A stretch of 64,000 bases of DNA, taken from Acidimicrobiia bacterium. GTDB lineage: Bacteria; Actinomycetota; Acidimicrobiia; IMCC26256; PALSA-555. Positions 27,180-35,543 of this stretch are shown here, piece after piece. The position numbers were made by a program, and so were the translations under genes. Within the stretch, counting starts at the first letter, position 1. The number at the start of each line of letters is the position of its first letter. The notes beneath the pieces were generated by a model that was not told the DNA's origin, ran no database searches, and saw nothing but the letters and a program-made list of their open reading frames with translations. The stretch lies in assembly GCA_040881685.1 (NCBI GenBank), contig JBBECS010000054.1:26953-90952 (forward strand), written 5' to 3'.

Positions 27180-27512
27180 ATGCCCGGACCGAAGTCGAGA
27201 CTCGAGCGCATGGCCAGGGTGCTGAACCGGGCGGCGATCGTGCTCCTGGTGCTCTTCGTCGGTGCCGCCATCGGTGCTGTGCAGTACGTCGACACCGAGT
27301 TCGAAGGCAACGTGAGCGTCTTCCGGTACCTGCTGACCATCGCCACGGCGGCTCCACTGCTCGTCGCCGCAATCGTCGCGTGGGTCGGGAGCGTCATCGT
27401 TCGAGCCCTCGGCCGCGTGCGGGGAAGCCTCCTCGACGCGCTGCTGCGCGACGAGGAGGACCCACCAGAGCAGCTGGCGCCTGGCTCCGACCTGACCCCG
27501 ATCGGCCGCTAG
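27180..27512 (+). CDS. Small two-TM membrane protein
   Basis: ATG 27180 lies 4 nt after AAGGAGGAGG. AAIVLLVLFVGAAIGAV and LLTIATAAPLLVAAIVAWVGSVIV are hydrophobic helices. Transcribed divergently from the big operon. Confidence 0.5.
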   Translation: MPGPKSRLERMARVLNRAAIVLLVLFVGAAIGAVQYVDTEFEGNVSVFRYLLTIATAAPLLVAAIVAWVGSVIVRALGRVRGSLLDALLRDEEDPPEQLAPGSDLTPIGR

Positions 27513-27714
27513 CGCCGCAACTCGGCGGCCACCGGTCGCGGAGGCTCGACGGGCTCCCCGAGGTCGATTTCTTGTGGCCCGCGGCAGATCCTTCAGACGT
27601 GGCCCGCGTCTGGGTGTACGCGACGTGGCGTCGCCGCGTTCCCCGGCGCGAACTCTCGAGCGGCGCAGCGCGCGCCCGCCGGTCGCGGGAGTGGTCGCGT
27701 GGGCGGGAATCTGC

Positions 27715-27726
27715 GATTGTACAATC
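27715..27726. promoter_or_regulatory. Perfect 12-bp AT-rich palindrome GATTGTACAATC containing a TACAAT -10-like hexamer
   Basis: GATTGTACAATC (27715-27726) equals its own reverse complement. TACAAT is at 27720-25. AGGAGG (27745-50) and the GGDEF start GTG 27755 follow. Confidence 0.3.
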
Positions 27727-27754
27727 ACAGGTTCTTCCCCCCTTAGGAGGTTCG

Positions 27755-28624
27755 GTGGCCGAGCGCAGCGGTCCGATCGGGCTGGCCTCGGTCGTGCCGA
27801 CGCCGGTCGAGCCACTCGACGGGCCCAGGGTGAACGCGGCTCCCGACAGCGCTGGGAGCTCCCGGGTCGTGAGGCTCGGGGCGCAGCTCTCTGCTGATAT
27901 CGCTGTCACCGAATCTGGGATCGCGCTCATCTACCGTGCGCTCGACCGGCTCGTCGACGAGCTCGGCCTCGAGGACGCCGCGCTCGTCGTCGATGACGCC
28001 GAACTCGGGCGGCAGGTGTTTCGCGCCGGGCGCCGCGGGCTGCGGGAAGACGAGATGCGCCTCATCGACCTGCCGTCCGGGCTCTACACCTCGCCGCCCA
28101 TGCCGGACACGAGCTTCGACGCCTCGCTGCTCGCGAGCCTCTCGCTCGTCGCCCTGCGCCTCGACTTGCAGCGCCACGACTCGGCCCACGACCCGCTGAC
28201 CGGGCTGTACACGCGGGGAACGTTCACTCGCCTGCTCAACACCGCGATCGCGCGGAGCCGCCGGCTTGGATGGCGGTTCGCGCTGGTGCTCGTCGATCTC
28301 GACGATCTGAAGTCGGTGAACGACAAGTATGGACATCCGGCCGGTGACGCGGCCTTGCGCGCCCTCGCCCAGTACCTGCGAACGGCACTCCGGCTCAGCG
28401 ACGACGCCGCCCGCATTGGGGGAGACGAGTTCGCCTTGATCCTTCCCGAGACGGATGCCGAGCAGGTCGCGCGGCTCTTCGAACGGATCGACACCGATGA
28501 CGATCAACCGGTACCGCGATTCTCCTACGGCGCGGCGATCTGCCCGACCGATGCCACCGACTCGGATGAGCTCCTCGCGCTCGCGGACCAGCGCCTGTAC
28601 GACGCGAAGCGACGGCGGGCATGA
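27755..28624 (+). CDS. GGDEF-domain diguanylate cyclase
   Basis: DPLTGLYTRGTF...LVLVDLDDLKSVNDKYGHPAGDAALRAL...ARIGGDEFALILPE, with an intact GGDEF motif. GTG 27755 lies 4 nt after TAGGAGG. The N-terminal ~115 aa are unassigned. Confidence 0.85.
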   Translation: MAERSGPIGLASVVPTPVEPLDGPRVNAAPDSAGSSRVVRLGAQLSADIAVTESGIALIYRALDRLVDELGLEDAALVVDDAELGRQVFRAGRRGLREDEMRLIDLPSGLYTSPPMPDTSFDASLLASLSLVALRLDLQRHDSAHDPLTGLYTRGTFTRLLNTAIARSRRLGWRFALVLVDLDDLKSVNDKYGHPAGDAALRALAQYLRTALRLSDDAARIGGDEFALILPETDAEQVARLFERIDTDDDQPVPRFSYGAAICPTDATDSDELLALADQRLYDAKRRRA

Positions 28625-29274
28625 CGATCGACGAGCTCGAGCTCGAGCTGCGGCGGCTCGACGGTGTCCACGCCGCGGGCTTCGCGGAGCAGGACGATGT
28701 GCTGTGCGTCCAGGTCTGCGTGGACGCGGACGTCGACGATGCGCTCGTCGCGAAGGCCACTCGGATCGCGGCCCGCCATGCGGAGGGGCTCGTGGCCGTA
28801 GAGCTCGTCCGAGCAAGGCCACCCACGCCGCAGGAAGCGCCGGGCAACGGCGGATCGGGCTCGGACGGGTCGGCGGCCAGTACCGGTGCGGAGGTCGTCG
28901 TCGTGCGGCCCGACCCCCGGCTCGAGCTGCTCGCGATGCTCGTCTTCCCGGAGACGAACGAGCTCGAGGTGCACATCGCGTTCGACGGGCGTCGGATCAT
29001 CGGCCGGTCCGACGCCGACCGCGAAGTCGCGGGTGCCGTCGACGCGACACTCGAGGCTGTTGGCGAGTTGATTCCTGAGTTGGCGTTCACGCGCAACTGG
29101 GCGCGGCCGCTCGGCACCGCCCCCGACGAGGCATCGGTCATCGTCGTGGGGCTTGGCGACCCCGAGTCCGGTCAGATGCGCTACGGCATCGCGCGGGCCG
29201 AACGCATCCCGGAAGCAGCTGCGAAGGCGACGCTCCACGCGCTGAACCGAACGATCGCGCGCGAGCTGCGCTGA
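28621..29274 (+). CDS. Hypothetical protein translationally coupled to the diguanylate cyclase
   Basis: ATG 28621 overlaps the GGDEF stop (ATGA). The 217 aa use GC3-rich codons and show no motif I recognise. A G/S/A-rich linker separates two halves. Confidence 0.55.
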   Translation: MTIDELELELRRLDGVHAAGFAEQDDVLCVQVCVDADVDDALVAKATRIAARHAEGLVAVELVRARPPTPQEAPGNGGSGSDGSAASTGAEVVVVRPDPRLELLAMLVFPETNELEVHIAFDGRRIIGRSDADREVAGAVDATLEAVGELIPELAFTRNWARPLGTAPDEASVIVVGLGDPESGQMRYGIARAERIPEAAAKATLHALNRTIARELR

Positions 29275-29574
29275 CGGGTGGTGATCAAGTGACAGCGGTC
29301 GCAGGCGATCCGGACGAATGTGCGTCCGATCCCGGTCTTCGCGTCCACCTCGACGAGACTGCTCCGGCCCGAGCGCAGCGTAGACGGCAAGCAATGCCAT
29401 GACAGACGTGCGAAAGCGCGAGTAAGAGTCGGCCGGAACATTACGCCGGCCATTGAGGGCTGGCGTTGTCTTTGCAGATCCCACTCTTCACACTCGCGTC
29501 GCTATGCTCTCGCCAACGCGTTCCCCCACGACGAAGTCGGCTATCGACCACCTCGAAAACCCCGGAGTCGAGTT

Positions 29575-30306
29575 ATGAGATTCGTCGTCACCGGCACAGG
29601 CCGCAGCGGAACTGGTTACGCATCGACCGTGTTCACGACCGCCGGCATTCGATGTGGCCATGAGGAGTGGTTCAACTACCGTGCGGGCGTACGGGACCTT
29701 CAAGCCATGCCGAGGAACCGCCGAGTTTCGAGGCTCGCGAGCCCCGCATTGCGTGTCCGCGAAGAAGTCCGGCGCCGACGGTTACCCATCGCCGGAGACG
29801 CTTCTTGGATGGCGGTCCCACGCCTACCAGGCTTCCGAGGCACGGTGTTCCTTCAGCTTCGTCACCCCCTCAAGGTCATCCAAAGCCTGGTGGACATGCG
29901 CTTCTTCACCGATGCTGCGCGTTACGTCCCGTACCGACGCTTCGCCGCCATGTACTTCGACATCCTTGGCGACGATCTCCTCGATGCCATGCGGTGGTGG
30001 GTCGAGTGGAACGCCGCCGCCGCCTCGTACGCCGACCTCACCTATCAGGTCGAGCGCATCGACGCAGAGCTCTTCAGCTCCATGCTGGAGATGGTCGGCG
30101 TCGTGGACTCGCACGACGCCCAACGCCGGGCCGAGCAAGCCATCGCCCACGTGACCCGAGACATCAACGCCGCGACGCGAAAATCAACGGAATCTCGTCC
30201 ACCTCTGTCGTGGGAGGACCTGCCAGCAGGAGATGCACGGGAGAGACTGGCGGAGGCAGCTCGCTCGTTCGGGTACACGCCGGACGATCCCGACGTCTCC
30301 AGGTAG
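29575..30306 (+). CDS. Sulfotransferase-like P-loop protein (tentative)
   Basis: MRFVVTGTGRSGTGYAS resembles the 5'-PAPS-binding loop (G-x-x-R-S-G-T) of bacterial sulfotransferase families. ATG 29575 follows GGAG. The rest is not diagnostic. Confidence 0.4.
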   Translation: MRFVVTGTGRSGTGYASTVFTTAGIRCGHEEWFNYRAGVRDLQAMPRNRRVSRLASPALRVREEVRRRRLPIAGDASWMAVPRLPGFRGTVFLQLRHPLKVIQSLVDMRFFTDAARYVPYRRFAAMYFDILGDDLLDAMRWWVEWNAAAASYADLTYQVERIDAELFSSMLEMVGVVDSHDAQRRAEQAIAHVTRDINAATRKSTESRPPLSWEDLPAGDARERLAEAARSFGYTPDDPDVSR

Positions 30307-30387
30307 GTATGAACACGGACGGCATCGGCGGGTCCGCGACCCGAATGTGAGCCCACGACTCCCGCGGCTGCGTCGCTCGATGTCGTA

Positions 30388-31986
30388 TCACGCGCCCGCC
30401 CGTCGCCGGACCGCCCCGGTCGCCGTCGATCGAGCCGATCTCGCATCACCAGAGCGCCCGACGATGTAGGTTTCGATTCCTTCGATCGCCGGGTCACGCC
30501 GGGATGACACGCCGAGGTGTGCCTCAAGCGCTCGGCGCGCGGGAACAGGGTCGCCGTCCCGCCGGTCGACGATAACTACAACATCGGCCTCGTCGCGCGC
30601 GCCGATGATCCGATCCAGTTGCCGCAACGCAGCGTTCTCAGTCCTTCGGCGGGGGAAAACGACCGTGGGACAGCCCGAGTACCACCGGATCTGCGGACCC
30701 CGGAAGTTGCTGATCACCACGCAGTCGCTTCTGAGGGAAGCGCTGAGCGCGAGCCCAGCGTGCCGAGTTCGTTCGTGACCGTCTCGCTGGCCGAGGTCAT
30801 GGACCATGAGGGCGGAGAGGCTTGCGATCGCTATCACGACGAACACAGTTACGGCCTTCTTCCATATACCACGCGGCACGCGGCACGTCAGCTCCGACAG
30901 GCCGAATGCACCGGCGATCACGAAATAAGGGACGGCAAGACTGAGATACCTGGACTCACCGTGATTCAACGTCATCGCGAGAAGGAAGACGGTCGCGAAC
31001 CCGGTCGCGATCGGGACCACGAAGCCCTCCTCCACGCGCTTCTCCCGGACCGACCGGATGGCGCCGAGAACCAGACCGACCACCATGACCGAGAAGAACA
31101 CGTAACCGAGCAACAGGGACGTCTTCCCCAGACTCGCCGCGCCGAGGTAGCCGGGCAGCTGTCGGGCGAAGTCGGTGAACGATTGAAACGCCTCGAATTC
31201 AGCGGTCTGCGGAAGGCTGTAGGCCGCGATGTACGGAGACTCGTCTGATCCGGTCAACCACGGAACGAAGAGGATGGCAGCGGCCGAACCGGCGATGCCG
31301 ACCGCCAGGAGGGCGATTCGCCTGAGAAGCTGGCGTGTCGTGCGCCATCGGTAGAGCAGGATCGCGGCGCAGCCGACCGCGATCGGGATGGGTGATCCGA
31401 ATCGGACGTACGTCGCAACGATCGACAGCGGTATCGCCCAGTAGATCCACCGTCGTACACGACCGTCAGCCGTGCCATAGGCCACGACGCACATCACGCC
31501 CATGGAGAGCACCGCGCCCGGGACGTCCGGCCACAAGTACGTGCTGGAACGGAGATACCCCGGGCACAGGGCGAGGAGCACTGCGGCGAGCAGTGCCACC
31601 CGTTCACCCGCCAGCTGACGCGCGAGCAGCCAGGTGACGACAATGCCTGCGGCACCGAACGCCAGCACGACGACGTGCATTGACAGTTCGCTGTCTCCCA
31701 CCACGACGCCCGCCGTGAGGGCGGCGGGGAACCCGGGTGCACGGAGATCGTGCCAGAAGCGATCTGGGCTCGTGCCGTCGACCATGTCGCGCGCGCGCTG
31801 CGCGTACACGGACTCATCGGTTCCCAATGGCGGTTCGCTCGAGACCCACGCGATGCCGATCGCGAGGAATCCGACGACGAGTGCCGCCAGGATCACCGCG
31901 GGGTAAGCGGCAATGCGTGCAAACGAGCGGTCGCCCCCGGCTTGCTCCGATGTTGCGTCTCGAACTGCGACGCTCATCGGCACCAT
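30388..31986 (-). CDS. GT-C fold membrane glycosyltransferase (ArnT/PMT/GT39-GT83-like, polyprenyl-phosphate-sugar dependent)
   Basis: A 532-aa polytopic protein. After TM1, the first extracytoplasmic loop carries PPLGTDESVYAQRARDM, an acidic D-E motif in the usual GT-C position. There is a C-terminal soluble domain of ~130 aa. Confidence 0.65.
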   Translation of the reverse strand: MVPMSVAVRDATSEQAGGDRSFARIAAYPAVILAALVVGFLAIGIAWVSSEPPLGTDESVYAQRARDMVDGTSPDRFWHDLRAPGFPAALTAGVVVGDSELSMHVVVLAFGAAGIVVTWLLARQLAGERVALLAAVLLALCPGYLRSSTYLWPDVPGAVLSMGVMCVVAYGTADGRVRRWIYWAIPLSIVATYVRFGSPIPIAVGCAAILLYRWRTTRQLLRRIALLAVGIAGSAAAILFVPWLTGSDESPYIAAYSLPQTAEFEAFQSFTDFARQLPGYLGAASLGKTSLLLGYVFFSVMVVGLVLGAIRSVREKRVEEGFVVPIATGFATVFLLAMTLNHGESRYLSLAVPYFVIAGAFGLSELTCRVPRGIWKKAVTVFVVIAIASLSALMVHDLGQRDGHERTRHAGLALSASLRSDCVVISNFRGPQIRWYSGCPTVVFPRRRTENAALRQLDRIIGARDEADVVVIVDRRDGDPVPARRALEAHLGVSSRRDPAIEGIETYIVGRSGDARSARSTATGAVRRRAGA

Positions 31987-32061
31987 CGAATCATGAACGG
32001 CACCAACAGTCTCTACGACAACGAGAGTCTCGCCACGGGGGCCTCGGGCTCTGATTTCTCG

Positions 32062-33366
32062 CTAGTAGGCCAGATAGGCCCTGATCGTGCGGGCGATCCG
32101 GACGATGTCCTCTTCGCGGAGCTCGTAGTAGAAGGGCAGACGCAGCAACCGAGAACTCATGGCTTCGGTGACCGGCAAGCTTGGCGTAGCACAACCCAAC
32201 TTCTTGGCCATCGGAGAAGTGTGCAGGGGAACGTAGTGGAAGACGGCATGAATGTTCCGCTCGGCCAAATAGTTCATGAGCCCGTCACGGATCTCTTCGT
32301 CGGGTAGCAGGACGAAGAAGATGTGTGAGTTGCTCTCACAGTGTGCGGGATGCTTCGGGAGACTCAGGAGACCAGCGCGTTCGAGCGGCGACATGTGCTC
32401 CACATACCAGTTGTAGATCTTTCCGCGAAGCGCCAGTAGAGAATCCATGACTTCGAGCTGCGCGTAGAGAAACGCACAGAGGATCTCGCTTTGCGCAAAG
32501 GAGGAACCAACGTCGACCCACGTGTACTTGTCGGCCTGGCCGCGGAAGTACTGCTGACGATTCGTGCCCTTGTCGCGCAGGATCTCGGCCCGTTCCACCA
32601 GCGCCGGATCGTTGATGCACAGAGCGCCGCCCTCACCACTCACGTAGTTCTTGGTCTCGTGGAAGCTGAAGCAACCGAGATCCCCGATCGATCCGAGGGC
32701 CCGACCCCGGTACCGGGCGTTGACCGCTTGCGCTGCATCTTCGATGATCCGCAAACCGTGATCGTCGGCGAGCCGACAAAGGTCGTTCATCTCGGCTCCG
32801 ACACCGGCATAGTGGATCGGGAGGATCGCCCGGGTACGAGGTGTGATCGCGCGCTCGACCTCCTCCTCGTCGATGTTGAGCGTGTCAGGTCGGATGTCGA
32901 CGAAGACCGGGCGACCACCTGCTCTCACCACTGCGGACGCAGTCGAGACGAAGGTGAACCCCGGCATGATCACCTCGTCGCCGGGCTCGAGCTCGCACAG
33001 CATGGCCGCCATCTCGAGTGCGGCGGTGCACGAAGTGACCATCAAGACCCTGCGGATGCCGAATCGCTCCTCGAGAAGCCGACTGCACTCACGCGTGAAG
33101 GCACCGTCGGCTGCGATTCTCTCGTACGTCACGGTCTTGGCGATGTGATAAAGCTCCCGGCCGGCGATGAACGGCTTGTTGAACGGGATGACCGCGTCAC
33201 CCGCCTCGGGCGTCGGAACCGGCCGGATCGGCACGTCCCCCCAGGGGCTCTGCTCAGGACCGAGCCCAGGAGGCACAGCAGCGTCGAGGGTCGTCAGGAC
33301 CGTCGACTCCGCCGCCGTCGCTGCGCGCTCAGATTCGCGGTCGAATTCGCGTTGCATCGCGTCCAT
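32062..33366 (-). CDS. DegT/DnrJ/EryC1 family PLP aminotransferase, WecE-like (NDP-4-keto-6-deoxyhexose 4-aminotransferase type)
   Basis: IPFNKPFIAGRELYHI, SCTAALEMAA, GDEVIMPGFTFVSTA, IIEDAAQA, and CFSFHETKNYVSGEGG (the FHETKN PLP-lysine motif is typical of WecE-type members). Confidence 0.85.
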   Translation of the reverse strand: MDAMQREFDRESERAATAAESTVLTTLDAAVPPGLGPEQSPWGDVPIRPVPTPEAGDAVIPFNKPFIAGRELYHIAKTVTYERIAADGAFTRECSRLLEERFGIRRVLMVTSCTAALEMAAMLCELEPGDEVIMPGFTFVSTASAVVRAGGRPVFVDIRPDTLNIDEEEVERAITPRTRAILPIHYAGVGAEMNDLCRLADDHGLRIIEDAAQAVNARYRGRALGSIGDLGCFSFHETKNYVSGEGGALCINDPALVERAEILRDKGTNRQQYFRGQADKYTWVDVGSSFAQSEILCAFLYAQLEVMDSLLALRGKIYNWYVEHMSPLERAGLLSLPKHPAHCESNSHIFFVLLPDEEIRDGLMNYLAERNIHAVFHYVPLHTSPMAKKLGCATPSLPVTEAMSSRLLRLPFYYELREEDIVRIARTIRAYLAY

Positions 33367-33401
33367 GGAAGCCTCTTCTTACGCTCCGAGATACGCGGGG
33401 G

Positions 33402-34403
33402 TCACGGCACCGGGAGGCGGTCGGCCGGCACTGCCTCAGGATCTCGCTGCAGGTTCAAGGTCGTCCGGACAACGTATAGCGGCCGGTTCTTCGTCTGGTC
33501 GAAGGTCTTGCCAACGTAGATCCCGGTCACACCGATGCACACGAGGATGACGCCCGTCGTGGCGAGGTTGAGCACGACGACAGAGGTCCAACCCTCCGCA
33601 AAGCCGTCGATGAGGTAGGCGACGACGAGGCCGAGGATGGCAACGATCGACAGCCCGACGAAAGTGAAGCCACCGATGATCGTGAGCCGCAAGAGTCGCT
33701 GGGACTGTGACGTGATGCCGATGATCGCCTCGTGCACGAGCTTCGCGAAGGTGTAGGAGCTTCGCCCTTCCGGGCGCTCGTAGTGCTCGATCTCGATGCT
33801 CGTGCTCTCGAATCCCAGCCATCGCAGCAAGCCCAGATAGTGCCGGTAGTAGTCGTTCATCCGGAGAAACGCGTCGACCACTGGGCGTGTGAGGAGGGAG
33901 TAGTTGCCGATGACACTGTCGCTGCGCACGGTCGGCTCGTTCACGAGGAAGTTGAGGATCCGGTGGAACGCGCGGCCGAAGACGTTGCGCTTCCCGCCGT
34001 GAGCTCGTCGGTTCTTGCGGGTGAACACGACGTCGTAGCCCTCGAGGGCCTTCTCGTACAGAACCGGGATGTACTTCGGATGATCCTGGAGGTCGCAGTC
34101 GAGGACGATCACATATCGGCCGTTCGCGGCGTCGAGCCCGGCGGTCAGCGCGTAGTGCTGGCCGAAGTTCCGACTCAGCTGGATCCCCTTGACTCGGGAA
34201 TCCCGCTTGCAGTGCTTCTCGATCTCGCGCCAGGAACCATCCGGGCTCCCGTCGTCGACGAGGATGATCTCGAAGTCTTCGGTCACCCCCGCCGCATAGA
34301 GTGCGATCTGCTCGACGAGCGCGTGGACGAGCGTCTCGCCCTGGTACACCGGGCTGACGATCGAGAGCTCGATCGAGCTTGTGGAAACGGTACCCGTGCC
34401 CAC
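33402..34403 (-). CDS. Polyprenyl-phosphate glycosyltransferase (GT2, GtrB/ArnC/PpgS type) with C-terminal TM helices
   Basis: LSIVSPVYQGE...FEIILVDDGSPDGS...IQLSRNFGQHYALTAGL...VIVLDCDLQDHP, then two C-terminal TM segments (LTIIGGFTFVGLSIVAILGLVV, VVVLNLATTGVILVCIGVTGIYV). This is the classic GtrB/ArnC architecture. Confidence 0.85.
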   Translation of the reverse strand: MGTGTVSTSSIELSIVSPVYQGETLVHALVEQIALYAAGVTEDFEIILVDDGSPDGSWREIEKHCKRDSRVKGIQLSRNFGQHYALTAGLDAANGRYVIVLDCDLQDHPKYIPVLYEKALEGYDVVFTRKNRRAHGGKRNVFGRAFHRILNFLVNEPTVRSDSVIGNYSLLTRPVVDAFLRMNDYYRHYLGLLRWLGFESTSIEIEHYERPEGRSSYTFAKLVHEAIIGITSQSQRLLRLTIIGGFTFVGLSIVAILGLVVAYLIDGFAEGWTSVVVLNLATTGVILVCIGVTGIYVGKTFDQTKNRPLYVVRTTLNLQRDPEAVPADRLPVP

Positions 34404-34649
34404 GCCGGCCTCCCTGCCTTGTGCATGTGTCCCGATGCTGACACAGCAATCTCACTCAGCGCAAGTTGATGAGCCGCCGTAACCACGCTGCGTGACAAGA
34501 AACCGTCGTCAATGGCCCGTCAAGCGCGAGGAAGACCAACAACAGCGGTCGAGCCAAAGGCCCGTCACCAGCGGGCGTCGTCGGCTCTCCTGCTCGGTCT
34601 TGAGACGAGCGTCGTAGTGTAGGGCACCGACCGTTGTACTCGTGCTCGA

Positions 34650-34825
34650 GGCGAAGGTCCCATGCTCAAGCCGAAATGCGCAGGCCCAGACCAGCGCATC
34701 ATGCTGCCAGTCACCGAGAACATCGCGGGTCGATTGGTGCGACTGCCGCTCTCCCCCAGTTCGACGACGCTGATGTCGACCGCGCGCGCGAGGCCGTTAC
34801 GACGCCCGTGACGAAGTCCGCCTGA
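34650..34825 (+). pseudogene. 5'-truncated, frameshifted remnant of a DegT/WecE-type aminotransferase 3' end
   Basis: One frame reads GEGPMLKPKCAGPDQRIMLPVTENIAGRLVRLPLSP. After a C5 run (34753-57) the adjacent frame reads QFDDADVDRAREAVTTPVTKSA*. Together they parallel the tail of the intact gene (SPMAKKLGCATPSLPVTEAMSSRLLRLPFYYELREEDIVRIARTI). An in-frame stop lies just upstream of 34650. Confidence 0.45.
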
Positions 34826-34841
34826 GCAAAAAGAGCAAGCG

Positions 34842-35543
34842 GTGCGGGCGGTGATCACCCAGTCCAACTACATCCCCTGGAAGGGGAGTTTCGACGTCTT
34901 CGACCGCGCAGACGTCGTCGTCCTGTACGACGACGTGCAGTACACCCGGCGTGACTGGCGGAACCGCAACAAGATCAAGACTGCCCAGGGACTGAAGTGG
35001 GTCACCGTTCCGGTGAGCGTCAAGGGTCGCTACGAGCAGAAGATCAACGAGGTCGAGATCTCCGACCCCGCGTGGGCGAAGAGCCACTGGGGCTCGATCA
35101 CCGGCGCCTACGCCGAGGCTCCGCACTTCTCCACGTATCGCGACCGCCTGCTCGCCCTCTACGAGCAGGCCTCGAAGTTGACGATGCTCTCGAAGATCAA
35201 CCACCTCATGCTCACCGAGGTCAGTCGGTGGCTCGGCATCGACACCGCCTTCCACTGGTCGACGGAGTTCGCCGCGGCGGGTGCACCGACCCAAAGGCTC
35301 GTCAACCTCTGTCGTGAGCTCGGGGCGACGAGCTACCTCACCGGCCCGGCTGCGAAGTCGTACCTCGAGGTCGACGAGTTCGAACACGCCGGGATCACCG
35401 TCGAGTGGATGGACTACTCGCACTACCCGCCGTACCCCCAGCTCCACGGGCAGTTCGAGCCAGCGGTCAGCGTCGTCGACGTGCTACTCAATTGTGGCAA
35501 CGACGCGCCCAACTTCATCCTCGGGAGGAATCTTGAGCACTGA
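34842..35543 (+). CDS. WbqC-like family protein (copy 2, GC-rich)
   Basis: (V/M)RAVITQSNYIPWKGSFDVFDRADVVVLYDDVQYTRRDWRNRNKIKT...WVTVPV. It is colinear with copy 1 over its whole length. Start is GTG 34842. Confidence 0.8.
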   Translation: MRAVITQSNYIPWKGSFDVFDRADVVVLYDDVQYTRRDWRNRNKIKTAQGLKWVTVPVSVKGRYEQKINEVEISDPAWAKSHWGSITGAYAEAPHFSTYRDRLLALYEQASKLTMLSKINHLMLTEVSRWLGIDTAFHWSTEFAAAGAPTQRLVNLCRELGATSYLTGPAAKSYLEVDEFEHAGITVEWMDYSHYPPYPQLHGQFEPAVSVVDVLLNCGNDAPNFILGRNLEH

